NCBI GenBank assembly: GCA_964458395.1
Contig: CAYWIP010000002.1
Span: forward strand, 7,876-71,875
Length of the DNA: 64,000 nucleotides
Reading direction: 5' to 3'
From: an uncultured Ruminococcus sp.
GTDB taxonomy: Bacteria; Bacillota; Clostridia; Oscillospirales; Ruminococcaceae
The position numbers and the translations under genes were made by a program. Within the stretch, counting starts at the first letter, position 1. Every line of letters begins with the position of its first letter. The notes under the pieces are model-generated. The model was not told the DNA's origin and made no database searches. It saw nothing but the letters and a program-made list of their open reading frames with translations. Shown piece by piece: positions 46,804-58,170 of the stretch.

Positions 46804-47156
46804 CGTTATTTGATGAGTGCCTTGCCGCGCTCGGAAGCTATAAAATAGCAAAGGTGTACGAGGAGAAAATGGCGCTGGCGAATCTGCGGCTGACGGATTA
46901 CGGGCGGCTGGATTTCAGGCGGTACAAACGCTCGCGCGGAATGTCGCTTTCCGAGCTTGCGGCGCTGCCCGATTTCGCTTGTTACATCATTTACAACGAC
47001 GCCGAGCTTCCCGTGATAAAATGCCGCTTCAAGCAAGTGCTTGGCTGCCTTGACGACGTTCTCGCGCCCGCATTTGACACTTGGATATTGGACGAAAATT
47101 ATTCGAGGATAATTGAGTTTTATCACGAGGGCGACGTCACGCTTGCGGAAATTTAG
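46800..47156 (+). CDS. CDI-type toxin immunity-like protein
   Basis: MTLFDECLAALG..GRLDF..YIIYND..P..DDV..AFDTW..IIEFYHEG, recognised as a Firmicute CdiI-like family. Confidence 0.7.
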   Translation: MTLFDECLAALGSYKIAKVYEEKMALANLRLTDYGRLDFRRYKRSRGMSLSELAALPDFACYIIYNDAELPVIKCRFKQVLGCLDDVLAPAFDTWILDENYSRIIEFYHEGDVTLAEI

Positions 47157-47164
47157 GTGGAATT

Positions 47165-47608
47165 ATGGGCTTGAAATTGAATTGGAAAGAAATGGAGTTT
47201 TCGCTTGAAATACGCAATTACCGCACTCCGCGCGAGCGTGACGATTGGGATAATTGGTGCAAGGTCGACCTGAATGTCAAGGTCGGGGATTATATAGATT
47301 ATTCGGTCATTGATGATGAAATGCTGATGTCACGGGAGGCTTTGTCGCTGCTTAGCGGACTTGAAAAGCTGCTGGACGGCGGGCTGACAAAGCAGATGCA
47401 GATAGGCTTTATCGAGCCAGATCTGACATTCGAGCTGTATCCGAGGTCAACGCTCGGCGAAGACGAGCTTGACGTGTGGGCGGAACTGCTTATCGCGCTG
47501 CGGCTCAAGGACACCAATTACAACGGCGCGATGCTGACTTTGCCGTTTGAGCGCGGCGATATTGAAGAACTTTTGAAATATTTGAAAGGAGTTGTCGGAA
47601 ATGGCTGA
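47165..47608 (+). CDS. WapI-like immunity protein
   Basis: LEIRNY..DWDNWC..EMLM..FIEPDLTF; acidic. Confidence 0.68.
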   Translation: MGLKLNWKEMEFSLEIRNYRTPRERDDWDNWCKVDLNVKVGDYIDYSVIDDEMLMSREALSLLSGLEKLLDGGLTKQMQIGFIEPDLTFELYPRSTLGEDELDVWAELLIALRLKDTNYNGAMLTLPFERGDIEELLKYLKGVVGNG

Positions 47609-48368
47609 CTGGAACAGCGAACAGTATCTGAAATTCAAGGCGCAGCGCACTCAGCCCGCTATCGATCTGGCGGCGCGGTTGAGCGGAAAACCGCCGGAGA
47701 TAATTGATCTTGGGTGCGGTCCGGGAAATTCAACGCGCGTGCTGAAAAACCGTTTTCCGGACGCGTACATTATCGGCGCGGACAACAGCGCGAATATGAT
47801 CGAAAAGGCGCGGGCGGACAATCCCGATCTCGATTTTGTGATAATGGACATTATGGGCGATCTTTCGGAAATGCGCGGCAAATTCGACGTGGTTTTCTCA
47901 AACGCGTGTCTGCAATGGCTGCCAAATCACGCGGAGCTGCTGCCGAAGCTGTTCGGGCTGTTGAGAAAGGGCGGAGCGCTCGCGGTGCAGATACCGATGA
48001 ACTACGACGAGCCGATCCACAAGATAATCGGGCGTATCTCCGAGAGCGGAAAATGGAGCGCCCGTTTCTCCGAAAAGCGGATATTCGGCACGCTCACGCA
48101 GTCGGAATATTTCGATATTTTAAGCGGAATGACCGATGACTTTGAGATATGGCAGACGACCTATTGTCACCGTATGCCGAGTATCGAAAGCATTATCGAG
48201 TGGTACCGCTCGACGGGGCTAAGGACGTATCTTGCGGCGCTCTCCGATGAGGACGGCGCGGAGTTTATCGCGGATATCTCTGCAGAGCTGGAAAAGGAAT
48301 ACCCGAAGCAGAAAAACGGCGAGATAATTTTCAGATTTCCCAGGTTTTTCTTTATTGCGAAAAAATAA
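47601..48368 (+). CDS. tam: Trans-aconitate methyltransferase-like SAM-dependent methyltransferase
   Basis: WNSEQYLKF..RTQP, DLGCGPGNS, SNACLQW, LAVQIP, FPRFF. Confidence 0.85.
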   Translation: MADWNSEQYLKFKAQRTQPAIDLAARLSGKPPEIIDLGCGPGNSTRVLKNRFPDAYIIGADNSANMIEKARADNPDLDFVIMDIMGDLSEMRGKFDVVFSNACLQWLPNHAELLPKLFGLLRKGGALAVQIPMNYDEPIHKIIGRISESGKWSARFSEKRIFGTLTQSEYFDILSGMTDDFEIWQTTYCHRMPSIESIIEWYRSTGLRTYLAALSDEDGAEFIADISAELEKEYPKQKNGEIIFRFPRFFFIAKK

Positions 48369-48389
48369 AAATACGGAGGTTTATATGTT

Positions 48390-49223
48390 ATGAACGAAGT
48401 TTACGAAAAGCTGAAAAAATGTCACGAAGCGGTCGCGGAGAAGATCGCGTTCAAGCCCGAGCTGGCGCTTATTCTGGGAAGCGGTCTGGGCGATTTCTGC
48501 GATACTATGGACGTTAAGGAAACGCTGCCGTACAGCGAGATCGAGGGCTTTCCGAAAAGCACCGTCGCCGGGCATAAGGGGCAGTTCGTGTTCGGGTACT
48601 CGGGCGGAGTGCCGATTGTTGCTATGCAAGGAAGAGTGCATTATTACGAGGGATATTCCGTTCAGGACGTTGTGCTCCCGACGCGGCTTATGCACCTTAT
48701 GGGTGCGAAAACGCTGTTTCTGACGAACGCGGCGGGAGGGATCAATCCGTCGTTCCACGCGGGCGATTTTATGCTGATCTGCGACCATATCTGCTCGCTT
48801 GTTCCGTCGCCGCTTATCGGCGCTAACCTTGACGAGCTGGGAACGCGTTTTCCCGATATGAGCGAGGTTTACATCCGCCGCCTGCGCACGGTAATTGAAA
48901 ATTCTGCGTCTGCCGAGGGTGTTCCGCTTCAGCGCGGAGTGTACATCCAGACTACCGGTCCGAATTACGAAACTCCCGCGGAGATACGCGCTTACGGGCG
49001 CTTGGGCGCAGACGCTGTGGGAATGTCCACCGCTATCGAGGCTATGGCGGCGCGGCATTGCGGAATGGAGGTCTGCGGCATTTCGTGTATTTCCAATCTT
49101 GCCTCGGGGATTTCCGCTAATCCGTTGTCGCATAAGGAAGTACAGGAAACGGCTGACCGCGTCGCGCCGCTGTTCAGAAAGCTCGTGGCGCGCGCAATAT
49201 CGGACATTCACGCGGCAAAGTGA
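48390..49223 (+). CDS. punA: Purine-nucleoside phosphorylase (trimeric type)
   Basis: ILGSGLG, STVAGHKG, GRVHYYEG, TNAAG, GPNYET, VGMST. Confidence 0.93.
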   Translation: MNEVYEKLKKCHEAVAEKIAFKPELALILGSGLGDFCDTMDVKETLPYSEIEGFPKSTVAGHKGQFVFGYSGGVPIVAMQGRVHYYEGYSVQDVVLPTRLMHLMGAKTLFLTNAAGGINPSFHAGDFMLICDHICSLVPSPLIGANLDELGTRFPDMSEVYIRRLRTVIENSASAEGVPLQRGVYIQTTGPNYETPAEIRAYGRLGADAVGMSTAIEAMAARHCGMEVCGISCISNLASGISANPLSHKEVQETADRVAPLFRKLVARAISDIHAAK

Positions 49224-49248
49224 ATATCGTGCGAAAGGAGCGTTAAAA

Positions 49249-50021
49249 ATGGCAATATCGGTTTTTCAAAGGATTATTATGAGAAGATGTTTCCGGGGTG
49301 CGTTTCGGATTTGTTGAGAACCGACCCGGAGTTTATCGAGCGTTTTGACAATTTCGCCTTTGACGAGGTAATAAATATGCCCGACATCGGAGGCAGGGAG
49401 GTAGACGGCAGAACGCGTCATATGGCGATACTGTCAACGCTGCTTGGCTGTCAGGGTATCGACGAGTTCAGTGTGATGATACCCGCGGCGATGAATTTCG
49501 GCGTTACTCCGGTGGAGATAAAGGAGATAGTTTATCAGGCGGTCGCGTATCTCGGGATAGGCAGAGTTTATCCGTTCCTCAAGGCGGCGAACGAGGTTTT
49601 CACCGAAATGGGAGTTTCTCTTCCGCTGGAGGGTCAGGCGACCGCTGCCGCCGAGAACCGCCGCGAGGAGGGAACCCGGGTGCAGGTTGACATTTTCGGC
49701 GAGGGTATGCGCGATTTCTGGAGGTCGGGTCCAGAGGAGAGCCGTCACATCAACCTTTGGCTGGCGGACAATTGCTTCGGCGATTATTACACGCGCAAGG
49801 GGCTTGACTACTCCGAGCGTGAGCTTATCACGTTCTGTTTCCTTTCGGCGCAGGGCGGGTGCGAGCCGCAGCTTACGAGCCACGCCGCGGCGAATATGCG
49901 CATAGGCAATGACAAGCTGTTCCTTATTAAAATAATTTCGCATTGTCTGCCGTTTATCGGTTATCCGAGAAGCCTTAACGCGCTTCGGTGCGTTAATGAA
50001 GCGGAAAAGTCACTTGGCTGA
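49249..50021 (+). pseudogene. Carboxymuconolactone decarboxylase family gene with a 1-nt deletion near the start; downstream ORF 49287-50021 is intact
   Basis: AAGGAG+ATG49249 is out of frame; one extra T in the T5 run gives MAISVFSKDYYEKMFPG..TDPEFIERFDNFAF; two CMD repeats. Confidence 0.75.
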
Positions 50022-50139
50022 TCAAAAGCGGTTATAAGCGCTGCATGGGCGGCTCGCCGAAATAGCGCGGTTTTTCGGGCGAGAATAAAAAATGACATTC
50101 CGGTTTGTCGTTTTTTCGTCATAATATTAAAAATACCTC

Positions 50140-50168
50140 TTGACAATAACAAAAAAATATGGTATAAT
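50140..50168 (+). promoter_or_regulatory. SigA promoter of pheST
   Basis: TTGACA-17-TATAAT with TG extension. Confidence 0.85.
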
Positions 50169-50177
50169 CTAAATAAT

Positions 50178-50412
50178 GACTATGAATATGTGTAAGTAGC
50201 ATTCCGGAAAATCGATTTCAGAGAAAGGGCGTCTATGGGCTGAGAGCGCTCTGTCGAGCGGAATGTGAATTTCAGCATGGGAGTTGCCTGCGAGAAACTA
50301 AGCAGAGCCGTATTTACCGCGTTAAGGTTTTCAAGTGCGGAGCGTTTGCTCCGAATGTGGGTGGTACCGCGGATTTTTATTCCGTCCCAGTTTTTGGGAC
50401 GGATTTTTTGTT
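50178..50412 (+). ncRNA. T-box riboswitch (Phe)
   Basis: AGTAG, AGAGA and GCTGAGA motifs; specifier gaaTTTCag (Phe codon); T-box GGGTGGTACCGCG; terminator tccgtccca-gttt-tgggacgga plus T run. Confidence 0.92.
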
Positions 50413-50431
50413 TTGGGAGAAAGGGGATATT

Positions 50432-51451
50432 ATGAAAGATTTCAGTGAAATTAAAGAGCAGGTAAAATCAAAAATCGCAGAAGTTAAGGACGGCGCGCAA
50501 TTGTCGGAGTTCTGGCAGAATTATCTCGGGAAGACGGGCGTTATCTCGGGGCTGATGAAGGAGATGAAAACCGTTCCGCCCGAGGAGAAGCCGCTGTTCG
50601 GCAAGGCGGTAAACGACGTGCGCGTGTGGGCGCAGGAGCTGTATCAGACGAAGCAGGCGGAGATAAAGCAGCGTGAGCTGGAGCGCCGCTACGAGCGCGA
50701 GGCAGTAGATGTTACAATGCCAGCCCTGAAGCGCGCTCCGGGCAATCTGCACCCGATCACGCTCATCAAGCAGGAGATGATCGAGGTTTTCGCGGGAATG
50801 GGCTTTGAGGTATACGAGGGTCCCGAGATCGAGGACGACGACCACAACTTCACGCGGCTGAATGTGCTTAAAGATCACCCCTCGCGCGATATGCAGGACA
50901 CGTTCTGGCTGACCGATGAGCTGCTGCTGAGAACGCACACATCTCCCGGGCAGATACGCACCATGGACGCGAAAAAACCGCCTATCAAGGTGCTCGTTCC
51001 GGGCAAGGTATTCCGCTCGGACAGCGACGCTACGCATTCGCCGATGTTCTCGCAGATGGAGGGTCTGGTCGTCGATAAGGGCATTACGCTGTGCGACTTG
51101 CAGGGTATGCTCGATCAGTTCGTAAAGCAGATATTCGGCGACGGCACGAAAACGCGTCTGCGCCCGTCTTACTTCCCGTTCACCGAGCCGTCGGTCGAGG
51201 TGGACGTAAGCTGCTTCGAGTGCGGCGGAAAGGGCTGCTCGCTGTGCAAGGGAACGGGTTGGATAGAGGTTCTCGGCGGCGGAGTTGTCAATAAAAAGGT
51301 TCTCGAAAACTGCGGCATAGACCCCGGGGAATATTCGGGACTGGCGTTCGGTATCGGCATAGAGCGCATTACAATGCTGAAATACGGTATTCCGAATATG
51401 GGCTTGTTCTTTGAGAATAATCTTGATCTTTTGCAGCAGTTTAAGGGTTGA
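50432..51451 (+). CDS. pheS: Phenylalanine--tRNA ligase alpha subunit
   Basis: [49 protein letters not shown]. Confidence 0.97.
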   Translation: MKDFSEIKEQVKSKIAEVKDGAQLSEFWQNYLGKTGVISGLMKEMKTVPPEEKPLFGKAVNDVRVWAQELYQTKQAEIKQRELERRYEREAVDVTMPALKRAPGNLHPITLIKQEMIEVFAGMGFEVYEGPEIEDDDHNFTRLNVLKDHPSRDMQDTFWLTDELLLRTHTSPGQIRTMDAKKPPIKVLVPGKVFRSDSDATHSPMFSQMEGLVVDKGITLCDLQGMLDQFVKQIFGDGTKTRLRPSYFPFTEPSVEVDVSCFECGGKGCSLCKGTGWIEVLGGGVVNKKVLENCGIDPGEYSGLAFGIGIERITMLKYGIPNMGLFFENNLDLLQQFKG

Positions 51452-51463
51452 TTAAAGGGGTGA

Positions 51464-53875
51464 GTGAAGATGAAAATATTATTTAGCTGGTTAAAGGATT
51501 ATGTTGATATAGAGGAAAAACCGCTTGAGCTGGTGGACAAGCTTTTCGGCTCTGGGTTTGAGGTCGAGGAAACAATCTATCTCGGACAGGATATCGAAAA
51601 AGTAGTTGTCGGCGAGGTCATTTCCATCGAGAAATACGAGGGAACGCATCTGTACATCTGCCATGTGAACTGCGGCGAATTCGGCGCGGACAACGTTATT
51701 CTCACGGGCGCGGACAATGTGTTCAAGGGCGCAAAGGTTCCCGCGGCGTTAGTCGGCGCTAGGCTTCCTGGAGGTATTCAAATATCTCCGCGCAAAATGG
51801 CGGATATGATGAGCTACGGAATGCTGTGCAGCGGCGGAGAGCTCGGCGTTGACGAAAACTGGATAAAGGGCGCGGACGTTCACGGAATTCTGATACTCCC
51901 CGAGGACGCTAAGGTCGGCGAGGATATCAAGACGACGCTCGGTCTGGACGATTACGTTTTCGATATTTCGATAACCGCGAACCGCCCCGACTGCCAGAGC
52001 GTTCTGGGAATCGCGCGCGAGGTGGCGGCGTTCCTCAACAAGCCGCTTAAAGAGCCGGATTACAGCTACGAGTGTACCGACAAGACCGCTTCCGAAACCA
52101 CGATAACCGTTGAAGCGCCCGAGCTTTGTCCGCGCTATCTCGGTCACTATGTTTATGACGTTCAGCATTTTGAAAGTCCGCAGCAGATGAAGCGCAGACT
52201 TTCAGTGTGCGGTTTTTCGTCGATCGACGCGATAGTTGATGTTACCAACTATGTACTTCTTGAGATCGGGCAGCCCATGCACGCGTTCGATATGGATACG
52301 CTTGACGGCAGGTCGATAATCGTCCGCCGCGCAAAGGACGGCGAGAAGCTCACAACGCTTGACGAAAAGGAGCGCATCCTTACGCCCGATAATCTGTTGA
52401 TCTGCGACAAGGCTAAGGCTGTCGGTCTGGCGGGAGTTATGGGCGGTCTCAATTCCGAGATTAAGCCGACCACCTCCGAGGTGCTGTTCGAGTGCGCGAA
52501 GTTCCGCCGCGACAACGTCCGCAAGACCGCGCGTGCGCTCGGAATGCACACCGACGCGGCGGCGCGTTACGAAAAGGGCGTCGACGAGTACGGCGTTGAG
52601 CGCGGAATGGCGAGAGCGCTCAATCTCGTGCAGTCGCTCGGCATAGCGAAAATAGGCGCAACTCACATCGACGTGAACGCGGGCGAGGACAAGGGAAACA
52701 CCGTGTTCGACGTTACAGTCAGCAAAATAAATTCCGTGCTGGGTATCGAGGTTCCGCAGGCGGATATTGTGCGTATCCTGAAATCGCTGCAATTCGGAGT
52801 TGCAGAGAACGGAGAAACGCTCACCGTTACCGTTCCGCGCTGGAGAACCGACGTTGAGCATTATCAGGATATCGCCGAGGAGGTTATCCGCGAGTACGGC
52901 TACTCGCATGTTGTACCGACATTTCTCGACAGCGCAAAGGTAACGAACGGCGGACTTTCGTTCCTCCAGAATAAAGAGCTGGCTGCGAAGAAATTCCTTT
53001 GCGCGGAGGGCTATTACGAGGTGCAGACGCTCGCAATGTATTCGCGCCGCGAGTTGGATATGATTATGCTCCCCGAGAACGATCCGCGCCGCACTGTTGT
53101 CGAGCTTCTGAACCCGATCACCGACAATCTCTCGATAATGCGCACGGTCATGGCGCCGTGCATGATAAACGTTATCGCGGACAATGTCAAGACCGACCAC
53201 GCGGCGGGCAGATTTTTTGAGCTGGCGAATGTTTACCTCCCTAAGTCGCTGCCGCTCACCGAGCAGCCCGTTGAGCAGAAAACGCTCTGCATAGGCGCTT
53301 ACGGCGCGGACGAGAGCTTCTTCACCGTCAAGGAGACCTTGGAGGATTTCGCGGCGGCGAACGGTCTGAAATTCCGTTACGAGCGCGGCGAGGCAAGTTG
53401 GCTTCACCCGGGAATCTGCGCGGATATCTTCTGCGAGGGCGTGAAGATAGGTCAGCTCGGAAAGCTGCGTTATGAGATAGTCGAAAGCTTAAACGTCGCC
53501 GAGGGCAAGAAGAACGACCTCAATATAATCCTCGCGGAGCTGAATTACTCGGCTGTCGAGGACTTGTACAAGCGCGAGATACGCTTCACCGCCGACAACG
53601 GAAAGGCAACCGTAAAGCGCGATCTGTCGCTCGTCTGCGATAAGAAAACGCTCTGCGTTGAGATTGAGGACGAGATCGTCAAGGCGAGCGCGCTTGCCAA
53701 GGAGATCCGCCTGTTCGACCACTTCGAGAGCGAAAAGCTCGGTTTCGGCAAGAAGTCGCTTACATTCGCGATAACGTTCGCGGGCAGTGACGACGTTACC
53801 GACGACATTGCCGACAAGGAAATGGAGAATATCGTTTCCGTGCTCGGCGAAAGGCTGGGAGCGGCGAGAAGATAA
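51464..53875 (+). CDS. pheT: Phenylalanine--tRNA ligase beta subunit
   Basis: SWLKDYVD, GMLCS, TANRPDC, GQPMHAFD, DIAEEV..YGY, RDLS. Confidence 0.97.
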   Translation: MKMKILFSWLKDYVDIEEKPLELVDKLFGSGFEVEETIYLGQDIEKVVVGEVISIEKYEGTHLYICHVNCGEFGADNVILTGADNVFKGAKVPAALVGARLPGGIQISPRKMADMMSYGMLCSGGELGVDENWIKGADVHGILILPEDAKVGEDIKTTLGLDDYVFDISITANRPDCQSVLGIAREVAAFLNKPLKEPDYSYECTDKTASETTITVEAPELCPRYLGHYVYDVQHFESPQQMKRRLSVCGFSSIDAIVDVTNYVLLEIGQPMHAFDMDTLDGRSIIVRRAKDGEKLTTLDEKERILTPDNLLICDKAKAVGLAGVMGGLNSEIKPTTSEVLFECAKFRRDNVRKTARALGMHTDAAARYEKGVDEYGVERGMARALNLVQSLGIAKIGATHIDVNAGEDKGNTVFDVTVSKINSVLGIEVPQADIVRILKSLQFGVAENGETLTVTVPRWRTDVEHYQDIAEEVIREYGYSHVVPTFLDSAKVTNGGLSFLQNKELAAKKFLCAEGYYEVQTLAMYSRRELDMIMLPENDPRRTVVELLNPITDNLSIMRTVMAPCMINVIADNVKTDHAAGRFFELANVYLPKSLPLTEQPVEQKTLCIGAYGADESFFTVKETLEDFAAANGLKFRYERGEASWLHPGICADIFCEGVKIGQLGKLRYEIVESLNVAEGKKNDLNIILAELNYSAVEDLYKREIRFTADNGKATVKRDLSLVCDKKTLCVEIEDEIVKASALAKEIRLFDHFESEKLGFGKKSLTFAITFAGSDDVTDDIADKEMENIVSVLGERLGAARR

Positions 53876-53882
53876 AATAATT

Positions 53883-53916
53883 AACCGCGCGGGTTGATAG
53901 TTCGCGCGGTTTTTTT
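53883..53916. terminator. Terminator after pheT
   Basis: aaccgcgc...gcgcggtt plus T run. Confidence 0.7.
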
Positions 53917-53919
53917 AGG

Positions 53920-54390
53920 TCAAAGCAGCTTCGGGAAAATCAGCACCGACAATAACACAACGCCCGCGACCAGCGCCAAAGACAGAACGCAAAAAACGGA
54001 ATATGTAAGCAGCGCGTTTTTGATCTGCACTTCGGGCACGGGGGTCATAACGGCGGCGTCAACGGCGAAAATATTCCGTTTTGTGCCGCTTACAATCACC
54101 TTGACATTTTGTCCTTTTTGCAGCCGATCGTCAAATCGGCAGATCATTTTGCCGTTGATCTGCTCTCTTTGGATAACATATCTCGCCCGTGCGCTCGCCG
54201 TGCAGCCGAAAACGGAAGTAGAGCGGCGTAGGTCGGTAATGACGGCTTTTGCCTTGATTGTTCTTCCATTTTGGCAGTCACCGTAAAATATCAAAGCCCT
54301 GCGCAAGGAGAGAATACTTTTCACCAATGCGCTAACAGACATCAGAAACAGGAAAATGCAGCCGATAAAATAAATCACATAATCGTTCAT
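53920..54390 (-). CDS. Small two-TM membrane protein with central OB-like domain (DUF3592-like)
   Basis: TM, beta region (LQKGQNVKVIV), TM; own TTGACA-17-TACAAT promoter at 54428-54456 on minus strand. Confidence 0.7.
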   Translation of the reverse strand: MNDYVIYFIGCIFLFLMSVSALVKSILSLRRALIFYGDCQNGRTIKAKAVITDLRRSTSVFGCTASARARYVIQREQINGKMICRFDDRLQKGQNVKVIVSGTKRNIFAVDAAVMTPVPEVQIKNALLTYSVFCVLSLALVAGVVLLSVLIFPKLL

Positions 54391-54464
54391 ATCTGTACCT
54401 TCAAAATCGTGTTGTCTCGTTAATAATATTGTACGATAAATTATCTCAAATGTCAAGCCGAGAA

Positions 54465-54517
54465 GCATATTTTTCCTTAATCGTGCAATAATACTTCCAA
54501 AACAAAATTTGGAGGTA
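54465..54517 (+). promoter_or_regulatory. Candidate SigG/SigF-type promoter and RBS-blocking hairpin for eno
   Basis: GCATA-17-AATAATA; tacttccaaa-acaaaa-tttGGAGGta. Confidence 0.5.
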
Positions 54518-54518
54518 A

Positions 54519-55817
<1,299 letters not shown>

Positions 55818-55844
55818 TTTTTTGAAAAATTTTCGGAAAACCCC

Positions 55845-55873
55845 TTGACAAATAAAAAAGAATGGTGTATAAT
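55845..55873 (+). promoter_or_regulatory. SigA promoter of the infC operon
   Basis: TTGACA-17-TATAAT. Confidence 0.85.
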
Positions 55874-55879
55874 ATTACG

Positions 55880-56060
55880 GTAAAGCAGAGCCACCACACT
55901 CTCACCCGCCGGCGCGGTGCGTGTTTGCGAAGCTGCCGTTTTGGTATGCCGAGCGAATTGTGCATTTCGTAAAGTCAGGCGCGGTTGTTTAATGTGAATA
56001 TACCGCAGAGGTTTTTTATGTTAAGCGTGAGTTGTGTGCTCACGCTTAATTTATTTCTTT
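55880..56060 (+). ncRNA. Ribosomal protein L20 leader with terminator
   Basis: AAGCAGAG..CTCTCACC 5' motif, position before infC-rpmI-rplT, terminator ttaagcgtgag..ctcacgcttaa plus T-rich tail. Confidence 0.75.
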
Positions 56061-56096
56061 AAGTTAAAGGTAATTACGGAAAGGCGGTGCTTCAAA

Positions 56097-56612
56097 ATCG
56101 GCACGAAAGAACAGCTCATCAATGAGGATATTCGCGAAAAGGAAATTCGGGTCATAGGTACGGACGGCGAGCAGTTGGGCATAATGTCCTCGGCGGACGC
56201 TTTGCAGAAGGCGTTCGACGCAGATCTCGACCTCGTAATGATCTCTCCGACCGCAAAGCCTCCGGTATGCCGTATCATGGACTACGGAAAATACCGTTTC
56301 GAGCAGACAAAACGGGAAAAGGAAGCCAAGAAAAACCAGAAAACCGCAGACGTTAAGGAGATCAAGATGTCCCTTAACATCGACACCAACGATTTCAATA
56401 TCAAGGTGAAGAACGCTATCAAGTTCTTACAGAACGGCGATAAGGTTAAGGTAACGGTGCGTTTCCGCCGTATGCGCGAGCTGACGCACGTCAATCTCGG
56501 CGAGGAATTGATGAAAAAGTTCATGGACGCTGTTTCGGAGTACGGCAGCTCGGATAAGCCCTCAAAGCTCGAGGGCAGGAATTACGCGGTCGTTTTAAGC
56601 CCGAAGAAGTAA
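56097..56612 (+). CDS. infC: Translation initiation factor IF-3 (predicted non-canonical ATC start)
   Basis: [30 protein letters not shown]; SD-like AGGCGGTG 7 nt before ATC. Confidence 0.93.
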   Translation: MGTKEQLINEDIREKEIRVIGTDGEQLGIMSSADALQKAFDADLDLVMISPTAKPPVCRIMDYGKYRFEQTKREKEAKKNQKTADVKEIKMSLNIDTNDFNIKVKNAIKFLQNGDKVKVTVRFRRMRELTHVNLGEELMKKFMDAVSEYGSSDKPSKLEGRNYAVVLSPKK

Positions 56613-56661
56613 TTTTAAGCGTTATCGGCGCACTTTCAAGAGTATTAAGGAGGAATTTGAA

Positions 56662-56859
56662 ATGCCTAAGATCAAAACACACAGCGGCGCGAAAAAGCGT
56701 TTTAAGCTGACAGGAACCGGCAAGGTAAAGATGCAGCACTGCAACAAGCGTCACATACTTACCAAGAAGTCCACCAAGCGTAAGAGAGGTCTCCGTATGG
56801 GCGCATATGCGGACGATACGAATATCGCACAGGTAAAGAGCCTTATCCCGTACAAATAA
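56662..56859 (+). CDS. rpmI: 50S ribosomal protein L35
   Basis: [20 protein letters not shown]. Confidence 0.97.
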   Translation: MPKIKTHSGAKKRFKLTGTGKVKMQHCNKRHILTKKSTKRKRGLRMGAYADDTNIAQVKSLIPYK

Positions 56860-56892
56860 TGGAGAACAAACAGATACTAGGAGGTAACCGAA

Positions 56893-57246
56893 ATGGCAAG
56901 AATTAAGGGCGCGCTTGCTACACGCAAGAGAAGAAATAGAACCTTAAAGCTCGCAAAGGGCTATTGGGGCGGCAAGAGCAGACTTTTCAAGACCGCTAAG
57001 GAAGCGGTAATGAAGTCGGGTCAGTACGCGTATGTCGGCAGAAAGCTCAAGAAGAGAGATTTCAGACGTCTTTGGATCACAAGAATTTCCGCAGCCTGCA
57101 AGGCAAACGGTATGAATTATTCCACGTTTATGAACGGTCTGAAGAAAGCAAATGTTACGCTTAACAGAAAGATGCTTTCCGAGATCGCTATCAACGACGC
57201 GGCAGGCTTCACCGCTCTTACCGAAAAGGCTAAGGCGGCGTTGTAA
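56893..57246 (+). CDS. rplT: 50S ribosomal protein L20
   Basis: [32 protein letters not shown]. Confidence 0.97.
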   Translation: MARIKGALATRKRRNRTLKLAKGYWGGKSRLFKTAKEAVMKSGQYAYVGRKLKKRDFRRLWITRISAACKANGMNYSTFMNGLKKANVTLNRKMLSEIAINDAAGFTALTEKAKAAL

Positions 57247-57332
57247 TGACTTTTTTCTCACGCCTTGAGCTTCGGGGCGTGAGATTTTCGCTATTATATG
57301 GCGGTTGACGGATCGGTGTAAGGAGCAGGAAT

Positions 57333-58097
57333 ATGGAAACGGTAACATCAAGAAAAAACGCGAATGTGCGGTTTTTAAGAGATTTTCTCCGTAAGAAGCG
57401 GATGCGTGACGAGCACGGCGTTTTTGCGGTCGAGGGAGATCATCTTTGCGGAGAGCTTGTAAACTCGGGGCTTAAGGTGACGTTCTCCGCGTATACGGAA
57501 AAGGCTGCCGAAAAGTATCCCGAAACGCAAAAAAAGCTCATTGAAAAAGCCAATTCAACTATCGTCATATCAGAGGACATTTCCGAATATATTTCCGATA
57601 CAAAGTCCTCGCAGGGATTGTTTGCGATAGCGGAGAAACGTGCGGAGGGTCTGCCCGTAAATGCGCGGCGGCTCGTGGTGCTGGACGGAGTTCAGGATCC
57701 GGGAAATGTCGGTACGGTGATACGCACCGCGGAGGCGTTCGGGATAGACGGCGCGGTGCTGCTTTCGGGCTGCGCGGACACGTATTCTCCGAAAACGCTT
57801 AGGGCGGCAATGGGAAGCGCGTTTCGTCTGCCGTTCGTAAGCTGCGGCGCGGAGGAGCTTACGGAGCTTCTGAACGGATTTGCGGTTTACGGGGCAATCC
57901 TTGACAATACCGCCAAGCAGCTCGGCAAGGTGAAATTTCCCGAAAAGACCGCGATAGTTATCGGGAGCGAGGGCAGGGGGATATCGCCCGAGGTCGCCGA
58001 AATATGCAGTGAAAAGATCTACATTCCCATAAAGGGCGCGGAATCGCTCAACGCCGCTGTGGCAGCGTCTGTGCTGTTGTGGGAGTTATCGAAATAA
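57333..58097 (+). CDS. TrmH/SpoU family RNA methyltransferase
   Basis: QDPGNVGTVIRTA, RAAMGS, GSEGRG, ESLNAAVA. Confidence 0.93.
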   Translation: METVTSRKNANVRFLRDFLRKKRMRDEHGVFAVEGDHLCGELVNSGLKVTFSAYTEKAAEKYPETQKKLIEKANSTIVISEDISEYISDTKSSQGLFAIAEKRAEGLPVNARRLVVLDGVQDPGNVGTVIRTAEAFGIDGAVLLSGCADTYSPKTLRAAMGSAFRLPFVSCGAEELTELLNGFAVYGAILDNTAKQLGKVKFPEKTAIVIGSEGRGISPEVAEICSEKIYIPIKGAESLNAAVAASVLLWELSK

Positions 58098-58170
58098 TTG
58101 GCAGTACAAAACCATAAGAATACTTTCGGTTTTGCAGTACCAAATAAAATATAAATTGGAGGAGATACCT

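Noticed and set aside
50022-50120. Hairpins after the CMD gene as a possible sRNA
   Set aside because: Adequately explained as a terminator region upstream of the pheS promoter; no further evidence
58099-58143. Direct repeat gcagtac around a weak hairpin upstream of topA
   Set aside because: Too short to assign to any operator
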